NCBI GenBank assembly: GCA_913052275.1
Contig: CAJXDX010000003.1
Span: 1-36,078 of the forward strand
Reading direction: 5' to 3'
DNA from: an uncultured Pseudomonadota bacterium
Lineage (GTDB): Bacteria; SAR324; NAC60-12
DNA: 36,078 bases
Positions 18,992 through 27,529 of this stretch are shown here, piece by piece; the stretch's first letter is position 1; each line of letters opens with the position of its first letter. Under the pieces are notes generated by a model. The model did not search any database, was not told the origin of the DNA, and saw only the letters and a program-made list of their open reading frames with translations. Both the position numbers and the translations under genes were made by a program.

Positions 18992-19287
18992 TGCAAATTG
19001 AAGATTGGCATTCGGAAGCTGACCAGCAAATAATCCGACGAGAAAAACAGAAAGCCAGAGAACTCCGTCAATCCCAATGGTGGAAAAACAGAAGAGCCTG
19101 TAACATTTGTTATTACTGTAAAACTGACACTCCTGCCAGAAAACTTACAATGGATCATGTTGTACCTCTGGCTCGCGGCGGTCGCAGTATAAAATCGAAC
19201 TTAGTCCCCTGTTGCAAGTCCTGCAATAATCTGAAAAAAAATTTACTCCCTGTAGAGTGGGAAAAATTTTTAAATAATTTCAGATAA
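18991..19287 (+). CDS. Small HNH endonuclease (Zn-binding, McrA/HNH_5-like)
   Basis: CYYC...LTMDHVVPLARGG...NLVPCCKSCNNLK; start overlaps the tolB stop (TAATG). Confidence 0.88.
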   Translation: MQIEDWHSEADQQIIRREKQKARELRQSQWWKNRRACNICYYCKTDTPARKLTMDHVVPLARGGRSIKSNLVPCCKSCNNLKKNLLPVEWEKFLNNFR

Positions 19288-19378
19288 AACTGAGCTAACA
19301 TATTGAATTAACGTACATAATTATAATTTAGTTACAAGAAGTAAATTAATATGATATTCATCACCCTGTAATTTTTTC

Positions 19379-19407
19379 TTTACAAAATCAGCAATTCCTG
19401 ATAGTAT
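19379..19407 (+). promoter_or_regulatory. Sigma70-type promoter with extended -10 for the 102-aa gene
   Basis: TTTACA-17 nt-TAGTAT with TG at the extended -10 position. Confidence 0.55.
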
Positions 19408-19424
19408 ATCCGCCGAAATAATAA

Positions 19425-19454
19425 GATTAATTATAGGAGGATTAATTATAGGAG
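19425..19454 (+). repeat. Exact 15-bp tandem duplication containing the Shine-Dalgarno
   Basis: GATTAATTATAGGAG x2 (19425-19439, 19440-19454), 4 nt before the ATG at 19459. Confidence 0.9.
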
Positions 19455-19458
19455 TGAG

Positions 19459-19767
19459 ATGAATAAAACATTTAATAGACAAAGTAACCGTTTTGGATCA
19501 GGCGGTAAAATCAAAGGTAAGAGTGGTAAAAATTCGTCCAAAGGACTTCCGACAAGCGAGGATATTGAACTTGCCACAAAGGCATTCCTTGCAAAAGGAG
19601 GTGAAATTGAAAAGTATTCACAAAATGCTGAAAATGCTCATAAAGATGTCTTTCGGGCGAACGTAGAACCTGACTCCCGTCTAGGTATGGGGTCATTGGT
19701 GGACGATTCATGGGATTGCTGGGAAAACAAGGATTACGAAACTAATCCTGGTGGATCAGTGTCCTGA
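19459..19767 (+). CDS. Small hypothetical protein, SutA-like RNA-polymerase-binding motif candidate
   Basis: Strong RBS and promoter; central helix EDIELATKAFLAKGGEIEKY; basic N-terminus and acidic C-terminus. Confidence 0.7.
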   Translation: MNKTFNRQSNRFGSGGKIKGKSGKNSSKGLPTSEDIELATKAFLAKGGEIEKYSQNAENAHKDVFRANVEPDSRLGMGSLVDDSWDCWENKDYETNPGGSVS

Positions 19768-20457
19768 TTAGAGAAAAATTTTTACTTTCAAATGTCAGGA
19801 ACCTTCTGAGGTTCATATGCTATGAGGAGCAGAATTCAGAGGTATAATTTAAGCAATGTTTTTTCTTGTTTAGATTAAAGCTTAGTTCGTGTTTTATCGG
19901 CAGAGTTTTAAGAATCCCTTTGTTTCTTGGTTCATTTCAAAAAATTAATTACTGATCCATCAGTAACGTGCCGTAATATTTGTGAAGATACCTCTGGCAT
20001 CCAATAATTGCCTCCTCATAATTTGTTTAAGCAAAGTGGAAATATGTTTTGCATTTATTTCCAATTGAAATTCCCCCCAGACCTGCCCATTAACTAAGAA
20101 GTTTTTTCTGGAAATAATTTAATTGCTGGAACTTATTAGATAATGATAATTTCCAAAAAAACAACCGTCCTTCTAAAAACTGACCTGATTTTCAACTAGC
20201 TGTGAAGTAATATGCTGGCTTATCTCAGAACAAGTCTGACTCACACCTGCTCAATAATTACCAAGAGAGATTACTTCTTGAAAACCTCAAAGTTGGTTAA
20301 TAAATTTAACATAAAAACTCTCATAAAAAATTTTAATTATCCGGACTTCTTGACAACTAAATATTTTCCTGTCCCCCCACCCTTTTAATACCTTAATACT
20401 TCTTTTTCAGATTTCATATAGTTCTCCATCAGGGCTGTTTTCAGTTGAATAAACAAC

Positions 20458-20473
20458 TGGCACAGTTTTTGTT
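20458..20473 (+). promoter_or_regulatory. Sigma54-like promoter upstream of the LysM/amidase pair
   Basis: TGGCAC-AGTTT-TTGTT, one base off the TGGCAC-N5-TTGCW consensus, about 105 nt upstream of the ATG at 20577. Confidence 0.5.
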
Positions 20474-20576
20474 GTAAATAGAGTAATTACTTCTTTATAT
20501 AACAAAGACTTAATTTACAGATGTTGTAAGGGACACACCAGAATTTAAATATTACAACGCGATATCCGCTGATACT

Positions 20577-21581
20577 ATGTTAGTTAAAAAATACCTAGCT
20601 GCAATTACAGGATCCTTTTTGCTATTAAACTTCCATGGTTTTTCAACCATTCAGTCTGCAGAATTTAATCAGGCACAAATAGAGATTCTTCCGCTGACAT
20701 CATTTTTATTCGCTAACCGAGATCCTATGAGGGCAGGGTGGCATCGAGAGCCCATCAGCAAAGGTGTTAAAAATCTAAAATCAGTCACTGAAAAACCTGT
20801 GGGATCTTTATTTGTACAGCTCAAGCCCAGACTGAATGAAGGGGAATATCAGCTGGCTTTGCGTGTTTTGAGGGACGGTTCTCATCAATTCCTGCGGCTA
20901 CGTGAATTTACTGGCGGGAAACCACTTAATCATAAAGTTTACTTAACAATCCCATTTGAATTTTTGATTGGTGTTATTCAGGGTGAGGCAATTCGCTCTC
21001 TTTTCCCAAATGATCGTGTTGAAGCAGGGGGTTGGTTGCATCAAGTCACCTATGCCTGGGAAACTCCGGAATTACTTGAAAAAGTTTTTACCACTTCCGG
21101 AAATAACACTTTCCATCAGGAAGCTTTTAAACAAGGGGTACAATTTACTATTCCATGGAACAGTTTGAGTTCTGATCTGGAACTTGAACCATTAGCCGTC
21201 CGTGACCCACTTGTTATCAGAAAAGACGATTCAGGTCTGCGTTACGCTTTTTATCAAATTAAACCCGGAGACACATTATATTCTTCAGTGGTAATACGTT
21301 TTATTGGTGAAACAAAGCACTATGCACGAAGTCAAAATGCAAGTGATTTACTGGTCTTGAATGGACTCGCTGATGCACGGCACCTTTCACCCGGTCAATA
21401 CATAAAAATACCTTTGGAATGGATAAGACCAGAATATTTATACCATGTGCCGAGTATTTATCGATCTTCTGAGGAATTCAATTCTGAAAAAAAAGTGAAA
21501 TCCCAACAGTACTTGCCATACCACATTCTCCAGCCTGAATCTGGTAATTCTAACGGCATAGATATCATTAGTCAGCGTTAA
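20577..21581 (+). CDS. Exported LysM-domain protein, non-catalytic paralogue of the N-terminal half of the downstream amidase
   Basis: Signal peptide; YQIKPGDTLYS...LLVLNGLADARHLSPGQYIKIP LysM; collinear similarity to 21586..23430. Confidence 0.82.
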   Translation: MLVKKYLAAITGSFLLLNFHGFSTIQSAEFNQAQIEILPLTSFLFANRDPMRAGWHREPISKGVKNLKSVTEKPVGSLFVQLKPRLNEGEYQLALRVLRDGSHQFLRLREFTGGKPLNHKVYLTIPFEFLIGVIQGEAIRSLFPNDRVEAGGWLHQVTYAWETPELLEKVFTTSGNNTFHQEAFKQGVQFTIPWNSLSSDLELEPLAVRDPLVIRKDDSGLRYAFYQIKPGDTLYSSVVIRFIGETKHYARSQNASDLLVLNGLADARHLSPGQYIKIPLEWIRPEYLYHVPSIYRSSEEFNSEKKVKSQQYLPYHILQPESGNSNGIDIISQR

Positions 21582-21585
21582 AAAT

Positions 21586-23430
21586 ATGAAATTAAAATTC
21601 ATAATATTCTCAATTTTGCTGCTTTGTTTAACAGCTCTTGCAGATAATGGTGCTGCAAAATCTGAGAAAAAATCGAATTGGAAAAGCTTTAGTTTACCCG
21701 ACCAAACTTCCAGACAGTCAAAGATGCTGGTTGGCTGGAATGGAAGTCGATTGGTGGTAAAACTTAAGCCGCAAGCAGGAGAGGGTGGTTATAGTCTGGC
21801 TAAAAGAGTTCTTGTACCTGAATATCGTAGCCTGAAAACCATAAGGAAATACAGTAAAACCCGCAGTTTATACCAGCACAGATACATTACTTTCCCGCTT
21901 AAGGTTATTAATGGAAATATCCGCAGTTCAGCTCTCAAGGCCTCATTTTTCAATGATAAAGCTACAAATAAATACTGGCAGCACCATGTTACTTATAACT
22001 GGGAAACAACCAGCATGATTGCAGGCCTTTTTACAAAAAAAGGAATCAAGGCAGGCAATTTAGTGCGTTTCAATAAAATGCGCAAGAATGGGAACGTTCT
22101 CCAAATTGGTGACATTATTAAAATTCCCTGGAAGTGGATCAGTCCTGAATTGAAACTTCGGAAGTTTGCAGTCAAACCACCTTTGAAACTTATCCAGGAC
22201 AAATCAGGGAACCTGTTTGCACAATACCAGATGCAAACTGGAGATACGTTATACTCTTCAGTTGTAATCCAATTTACAGGACGTCTATTAAATGATGAAG
22301 TCAACCAGATTGCAAATGAATTGCTGAAATTGAACAATATTTCTGAGGCCAGACTTATTCAAAATCGCCAGAAGATTAAAATTCCTCTGGAGTTGTTGAG
22401 CGAAGAGTATATTGGAAGTCGGAAAAAAAAGAATATTCCAAGGAACATATCCAGTACCCCCAAAAATGCTGAGAAAATTGAGGCACAAAAAATCAATTCT
22501 TTAAAATCCGTTTCCAATGCTAAGAAAGATAAAAAAATAAAGAAAAAGCAGAATACCATCACAAAGAAATCAAATTCTTCTGATAAAAAAAATGTTCATA
22601 AAATACATGTTATTCTTGATTCAGGTCATGGAGGTGGTGACCCTGGAGCAACTGCAGGAACTAAAAAAAATAAGGATCTGATTTACGAAGATGAAGTGGT
22701 TTACGATATTAGTAGACGAGTAACCGAATTACTGAAAAATCATGGGATAATTGTACATAATACACTGGCAGATCCTAATCAAAAAAAGCCGATTCGATTT
22801 CTTTCACATAAGCATGATCAGGATGAACAACTCCTTGTTACTCCCAGATATTTGAATCGCAATTCCCGTACTGGGGCAAATATGCGCGTTTATCTTGTAA
22901 ACCATATATTTCATAAATTGAAAAAGAAAAAAGTACCTAAGAAAAATATCTTATTCATCAGTTTGCATGGTGATGCGCTTCATTCTTCTTTAAGAGGAGC
23001 AATGGTATATTATCCAGACCGACGTTTGCGAAGAGGCATGTTTGGATTAAAAAATAAAATATATCGCCAGCGAAAGGAGTATAATCCCAGTTTAACTTTC
23101 AAACCAAGTGATAACCTGTATTCTGAAAAACTCAGTAAATCTTTTGGCAAAATAGTTATCAATGAATTTCGCAAATTAAAGCTGCCCACACACCGGGTTT
23201 CTTCAGCAGTCAGAGGTTATCTGTATCGAAAAGGCAGAAAAACTCTTCCTGCTGTTTTACGCTACAGTAAGGTGCCTACATCGGTTTTAGTGGAAATAGC
23301 AAATCTTAACAATAAACATGACAGACGTAGTCTTTTAAAGTCAAAATCTCGTCAGCAAATAGCTCTCGCAATATCTAATTCAGTAGTTGCTAACTTTGGT
23401 CGAACAAGCGGTCTTGTGGCGAAGCTGTAA
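21586..23430 (+). CDS. N-acetylmuramoyl-L-alanine amidase (Amidase_3) with N-terminal LysM-like domains
   Basis: Signal peptide; LysM YQMQTGDTLYS..LNNI..QKIKIP; catalytic VILDSGHGGGDPGA, YEDEV, FISLHGDA, LPAVLR...PTSVLVEIANL. Confidence 0.9.
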   Translation: MKLKFIIFSILLLCLTALADNGAAKSEKKSNWKSFSLPDQTSRQSKMLVGWNGSRLVVKLKPQAGEGGYSLAKRVLVPEYRSLKTIRKYSKTRSLYQHRYITFPLKVINGNIRSSALKASFFNDKATNKYWQHHVTYNWETTSMIAGLFTKKGIKAGNLVRFNKMRKNGNVLQIGDIIKIPWKWISPELKLRKFAVKPPLKLIQDKSGNLFAQYQMQTGDTLYSSVVIQFTGRLLNDEVNQIANELLKLNNISEARLIQNRQKIKIPLELLSEEYIGSRKKKNIPRNISSTPKNAEKIEAQKINSLKSVSNAKKDKKIKKKQNTITKKSNSSDKKNVHKIHVILDSGHGGGDPGATAGTKKNKDLIYEDEVVYDISRRVTELLKNHGIIVHNTLADPNQKKPIRFLSHKHDQDEQLLVTPRYLNRNSRTGANMRVYLVNHIFHKLKKKKVPKKNILFISLHGDALHSSLRGAMVYYPDRRLRRGMFGLKNKIYRQRKEYNPSLTFKPSDNLYSEKLSKSFGKIVINEFRKLKLPTHRVSSAVRGYLYRKGRKTLPAVLRYSKVPTSVLVEIANLNNKHDRRSLLKSKSRQQIALAISNSVVANFGRTSGLVAKL

Positions 23431-23446
23431 TCAAAAGATTAATTTA

Positions 23447-24055
23447 ATGATTCAGATCAATTCTGTTGTTTTTGACCTTGGTAACGTACTGATAGACTGG
23501 GATCCTCGTTATCTATATCGCAAATTATTTCAGACTGAAGCAGAAGTTGAATGGTTTTTGGAGAATATTTGTGATCATGACTGGAACCTAAAACATGATT
23601 CTGGCCAACTTTTTTCCAAAGGTATTTTGGAGAAATCTAAAAAATATCCAGAGTACAGTGAGCTTATTAATGCCTGGTATCAGCGCTGGGAAGAAATGCT
23701 TGGAGGTCCAATAGATGAATCAGTAGAGGTGTTATCTGAATTGAAAGAAAAAGGAGTGTTATTATATATACTAAGCAATTGGTCTGCGGAAACATATCCA
23801 ATCGCAGAAGAACGGTTTGATTTTCTAAGCTGGTTTGATGGCAAAATTATTTCTGGAGAAGCAGGAATTGTAAAACCTGATCTGGAAATATATAAATTAC
23901 TGATGAACAGGTATGAGGTCAAACCGCAACACACAGTATTTATCGACGATAAGGAAGAGAATATCAAAGCAGCAGAATTGTTAGGAATCCATGGGATTCA
24001 TTTTCAGAATGCCTCAAAACTCAGGAAAGATTTACAGATGCTGAAATTACTCTGA
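23447..24055 (+). CDS. HAD-superfamily phosphatase, subfamily IA (YihX-like)
   Basis: VVFDLGNVLID, ILSNW, KPD, FIDDKEENI..A..LGI; ATG at 23447 preferred over 23387. Confidence 0.88.
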   Translation: MIQINSVVFDLGNVLIDWDPRYLYRKLFQTEAEVEWFLENICDHDWNLKHDSGQLFSKGILEKSKKYPEYSELINAWYQRWEEMLGGPIDESVEVLSELKEKGVLLYILSNWSAETYPIAEERFDFLSWFDGKIISGEAGIVKPDLEIYKLLMNRYEVKPQHTVFIDDKEENIKAAELLGIHGIHFQNASKLRKDLQMLKLL

Positions 24056-24115
24056 AGATATTAACTACCTCAAAATGTGTTTTCTGCACTTATGATCTAA
24101 TCCTTTTTCAAATTC

Positions 24116-24135
24116 AAGCATTTCCTGAAATGCTT
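24116..24135. promoter_or_regulatory. Perfect palindromic operator candidate
   Basis: AAGCATTTC-CT-GAAATGCTT, 28 nt upstream of the TTG start at 24164. Confidence 0.45.
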
Positions 24136-24163
24136 TAAAACAGTTGATTTATATCCGAAATCT

Positions 24164-24541
24164 TTGCGAAAACTTGTTGTTTTAAGCTGTGTTTTTTTAA
24201 TACTTTCCGGCATAATGCTAGCTTATCCGGAAATTTTTCCATGGGCTGAAGAATCTACAGCGGCGTCTTTACTGCATATTTGGGCCGGAATATTTTTTAT
24301 AGTCATTTTTCCTATATATTCCTGGGATCATATTAGAGGGCATTCGAATCGTCTGAAGAAAATTTCTGTAGTAACTGCAACAGGCATACTTCAGTTTTTT
24401 TCCGGCATGGGATTGATTTTTTCAGGAATCCCTTTGCTTCTTTACAGTGCAGATGTTCTTGATTTTCCCCGTGAAATTCATTTGATTCTGACGTTTGTTT
24501 TAGCCTTAAGTCTTATTTTACACAAAATATCCGAAAAGTAG
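24164..24541 (+). CDS. Small 4-TM membrane protein with intramembrane His residues (DUF4405/cytochrome-b-like)
   Basis: Two repeats of TM-SG...H-TM-H (ILSG..LHIWAG..DH; IFSG..IHLIL..LH); TTG start. Confidence 0.65.
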   Translation: MRKLVVLSCVFLILSGIMLAYPEIFPWAEESTAASLLHIWAGIFFIVIFPIYSWDHIRGHSNRLKKISVVTATGILQFFSGMGLIFSGIPLLLYSADVLDFPREIHLILTFVLALSLILHKISEK

Positions 24542-24582
24542 TTTGTTAGAACTTTCTTATTTAGTCCATTTAATCCAGCATC

Positions 24583-26127
24583 ATGCCTGCTTTAAAAAAT
24601 AAAGTTCAGTTAATGGATACCACTCTGAGGGATGGTGAACAAACTCAGGGCGTTTCATTTACTCCCCCCGAAAAGGCCAATATAGCAAAATCTCTTTTGA
24701 AAAAGCTTCGTGTTGATCGCATTGAAGTAACCTCAGCTAGAATCTCAGAGGGTGAATTAAGTTCTGTACAAAACATTTCAGGTTGGGCCAGTGAAAATGG
24801 GTATTTGGACTCAATCGAAGTTCTGGGATTTATTGACCACAAAAAGAGTGTTGACTGGATAAAGGAAGCAGGCTGCAAGGTGATGAATTTATTGACCAAA
24901 GGCAGTGAGAACCACTGCAGGAATCAATTGCGTAAAACACTTAAAGAGCATGTTGCTGATATAAGGAAAACCATTAAATATGCTAATTCCAGGAATGTTA
25001 ATGTAAATGTCTATCTGGAAGACTGGTCAAACGGGTATCAAAACAGTCCCAAATATGTATTCCAGATGATGGATGCTTTAAAAGATGAAGGCATAAATCA
25101 TTTCATGCTTCCTGACACTCTAGGCGTTTTGTCTCCGGATCAGGTGTATTCCATGCTTAAAGACATGATAAAAAGGTTCCCCTGGGCAACTTTTGATTTT
25201 CATCCGCACAACGATTATGGCCTGGGAGTGGCTAATGTGCTGTATGCCGTCAAGGCCGGGGTAAGGAACGTACACTGCACAATGAATTGTCTTGGGGAAA
25301 GGGCAGGTAATGTTTCTCTTGCAGAAATTGCGGTAGCTCTGCATGACAAACTTGGCATGGAGCTTTCTATTGATGAGTCTAATCTTGCCCCGGTAAGTGA
25401 AATGGTAGAAAGCTTTTCAGGGAAAAGGCTCCCGGATAATGCCCCGATTGTTGGAGAAAATGTTTTTACTCAGACCAGCGGGATCCATGCCGATGGAGAT
25501 AAGAAGGCAAATTTATATCATAATCCAATTGTTCCAGAGCGTTTTGGTCGCAAAAGAAGCTATGCACTCGGCAAAATGAGCGGCAAAGCTTCACTCGCAA
25601 AAAACCTTGAGACACTGGGAATTCAGCTTGTTGAAGAAAATTTGAACAAAGTACTGAAACGTGTTGTTGAACTGGGCGACACAAAAAAATCAATGACAGC
25701 AGCTGACTTGCCCTTCATCATTACAGATGTTCTGGAAACAAGCGAAACTCAACGAATTGAGCTCCTGAATTGTTCTATTTCCAGTGGACTGAACCTGAAG
25801 GCAACTGCCACAATACACCTGAAAATTGATTCAAAGGAGTATCGTGAAGCTGGAAGCGGAAATGGAGGATATGACGCATTTATGAGTGCAGTTAACAAAA
25901 TATTGAAAAAGCTTAATCTTGAGTCACCTGAATTAGTTGATTATCAAATCAGGATACCAAGAGGCGGAAAAACAAATGCTCTGACAGAAGCAATTATCAC
26001 ATGGCAGGTGAATGGGAAACGTCTTCAGACAATCGGAATTGATTCTGATCAAGTTCTTGCTGCAGTGAACGCAACCCTTAAACTGCTGAATTTGCAATTG
26101 TTGCAAAAGGATGTTCAACAACAATAA
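24583..26127 (+). CDS. cimA: (R)-citramalate synthase / 2-isopropylmalate synthase family (Leptospira/Bacteroidetes CimA type)
   Basis: MDTTLRDGEQTQGVSF, VYLEDWSNG, LPDTLG, FHPHNDYGL, GERAGN, FTQTSGIHADGDKK, C-terminal LeuA-type regulatory domain. Confidence 0.82.
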   Translation: MPALKNKVQLMDTTLRDGEQTQGVSFTPPEKANIAKSLLKKLRVDRIEVTSARISEGELSSVQNISGWASENGYLDSIEVLGFIDHKKSVDWIKEAGCKVMNLLTKGSENHCRNQLRKTLKEHVADIRKTIKYANSRNVNVNVYLEDWSNGYQNSPKYVFQMMDALKDEGINHFMLPDTLGVLSPDQVYSMLKDMIKRFPWATFDFHPHNDYGLGVANVLYAVKAGVRNVHCTMNCLGERAGNVSLAEIAVALHDKLGMELSIDESNLAPVSEMVESFSGKRLPDNAPIVGENVFTQTSGIHADGDKKANLYHNPIVPERFGRKRSYALGKMSGKASLAKNLETLGIQLVEENLNKVLKRVVELGDTKKSMTAADLPFIITDVLETSETQRIELLNCSISSGLNLKATATIHLKIDSKEYREAGSGNGGYDAFMSAVNKILKKLNLESPELVDYQIRIPRGGKTNALTEAIITWQVNGKRLQTIGIDSDQVLAAVNATLKLLNLQLLQKDVQQQ

Positions 26128-26218
26128 TATGAATTTACAATGTGGAATTTGGGTTTAAGCCCACTATGCATGAATTCAACACCAGCAGGTTCTTTTGTGC
26201 TGGGGAGAATTAATATAA

Positions 26219-27520
26219 ATGCGCCTCTCAACTGCTGAAGGTAACCTGTCCGAAATTTATTTCCCCTTGACAGCAAACCCGGCGGGGTATAACCATTTGT
26301 TGCTGGCAGAAAGTGTTCTTTGGCAATTCCCGGAAACACAATCATTAGTATTCATACTTTCCAACGGCAGACATCCCGACCCATTTAAAACCGTCCAAAT
26401 TCCTCACGCCTCTTTACGTTATGAAATTTTAAGAAGCGCTCTATTAGACTGGTCTGATCCTGAAAATTCGCTTCCGGCCAGATATGCTGATGAATCCGGA
26501 GTTTTGCTTAAATTAGGAAGGAATAACTGTACTATTTCCAGGTGGGAATTATCGTTCAGCCGGCCTTTACGTCTTGCTGATCACGTTCAATATTTTTCAA
26601 CAGAACAAAAAATCGCTTTGATTGTAGGTGCAGATTTGATTCAGCGCATGCTAGATCCAAGAATTTTCACAGATACCGATTTAGCTCAAATAGAAAGTGG
26701 CTGTCTACTGATTGCTGCACCCCGTAATGATATTGATTTAAAACACACTTTACAGCTGATTAAACAAAAAAGAGGTGTGAAATTAACTGTCCTCCAAATC
26801 ACTCCAAGTGTGCTTCCGAAAAAACTGCAAAAATTTTATCAAATTTCATCCACACATATTCGCAAAGCAACACAGGCAGGACATTCGCTGGAGACATTTT
26901 TGCCAGCAAATGCCGCCAGGCATATTTCACAAAACTGTTTATATAACAGGCGGGAACAAATCACTGATTCATATTATTCACATTTAAATGAACACCAGCA
27001 TAGTTGTTTTGAATTGAAGGAACAACTGGAAGCAGCAGCCATGAAACTTCAAAAACATCTTGCACAACGAGCAAAAAACGGACAACCTCACCGCTTTTCT
27101 GTTTTGGAAACAAGCACAGGAGGACAAATTGCTCAAACCTTCACAAGTCTTCCCGGAGCTTCAGAGCACTTTCTTGACGGCAGAATTATCTATGGTCAGG
27201 AGGCTCAAAAGCAATTTTTAGCTGTTCAAGAATTTGAAGATTCAAGCGTATCTCAAACAAGAGCGCAGAATCTTGCCAGAGCAATGCAAAGACATTCTGG
27301 TGCAGATTGGGCTCTTGCAGAAACTGGTATGGCAGGCCCTCCATCAAAAGACAGACACAGCAGGAAAAACGGACAATGTTATCTTGGTCTGGTAATATCA
27401 ACTGAAGTAAGGTATAAGTTTCTTGAGTTTAATCCTTTTCTTACGCGAAAAGAGCATCAGCTGATGTTTGCGATCGAAGCATTGGCTTGGGCGGAAAAGG
27501 AACTACAAATAAAGCGCTGA
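26219..27520 (+). CDS. Fusion of a NadD-like nucleotidyltransferase (aa ~12-242) and a CinA-C/PncC-like domain (aa ~270-430)
   Basis: TANPAGYNHL, IVGADL, ISSTHIR, ISQNCLY (NadD-like); ETSTGG.IA...PGAS.HF..G.IIY, ETGMAGP (PncC-like). Confidence 0.8.
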   Translation: MRLSTAEGNLSEIYFPLTANPAGYNHLLLAESVLWQFPETQSLVFILSNGRHPDPFKTVQIPHASLRYEILRSALLDWSDPENSLPARYADESGVLLKLGRNNCTISRWELSFSRPLRLADHVQYFSTEQKIALIVGADLIQRMLDPRIFTDTDLAQIESGCLLIAAPRNDIDLKHTLQLIKQKRGVKLTVLQITPSVLPKKLQKFYQISSTHIRKATQAGHSLETFLPANAARHISQNCLYNRREQITDSYYSHLNEHQHSCFELKEQLEAAAMKLQKHLAQRAKNGQPHRFSVLETSTGGQIAQTFTSLPGASEHFLDGRIIYGQEAQKQFLAVQEFEDSSVSQTRAQNLARAMQRHSGADWALAETGMAGPPSKDRHSRKNGQCYLGLVISTEVRYKFLEFNPFLTRKEHQLMFAIEALAWAEKELQIKR

Positions 27521-27529
27521 TTTAAAAAA

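Noticed and set aside
18991-19287. HNH gene as a homing endonuclease, phage or restriction-defence locus
   Set aside because: No intron, terminase, integrase, methylase or other defence gene nearby.
23387-23446. Longer HAD start from the ORF track
   Set aside because: It overlaps the amidase; motif I normally sits a few residues from the start, which fits the ATG at 23447.
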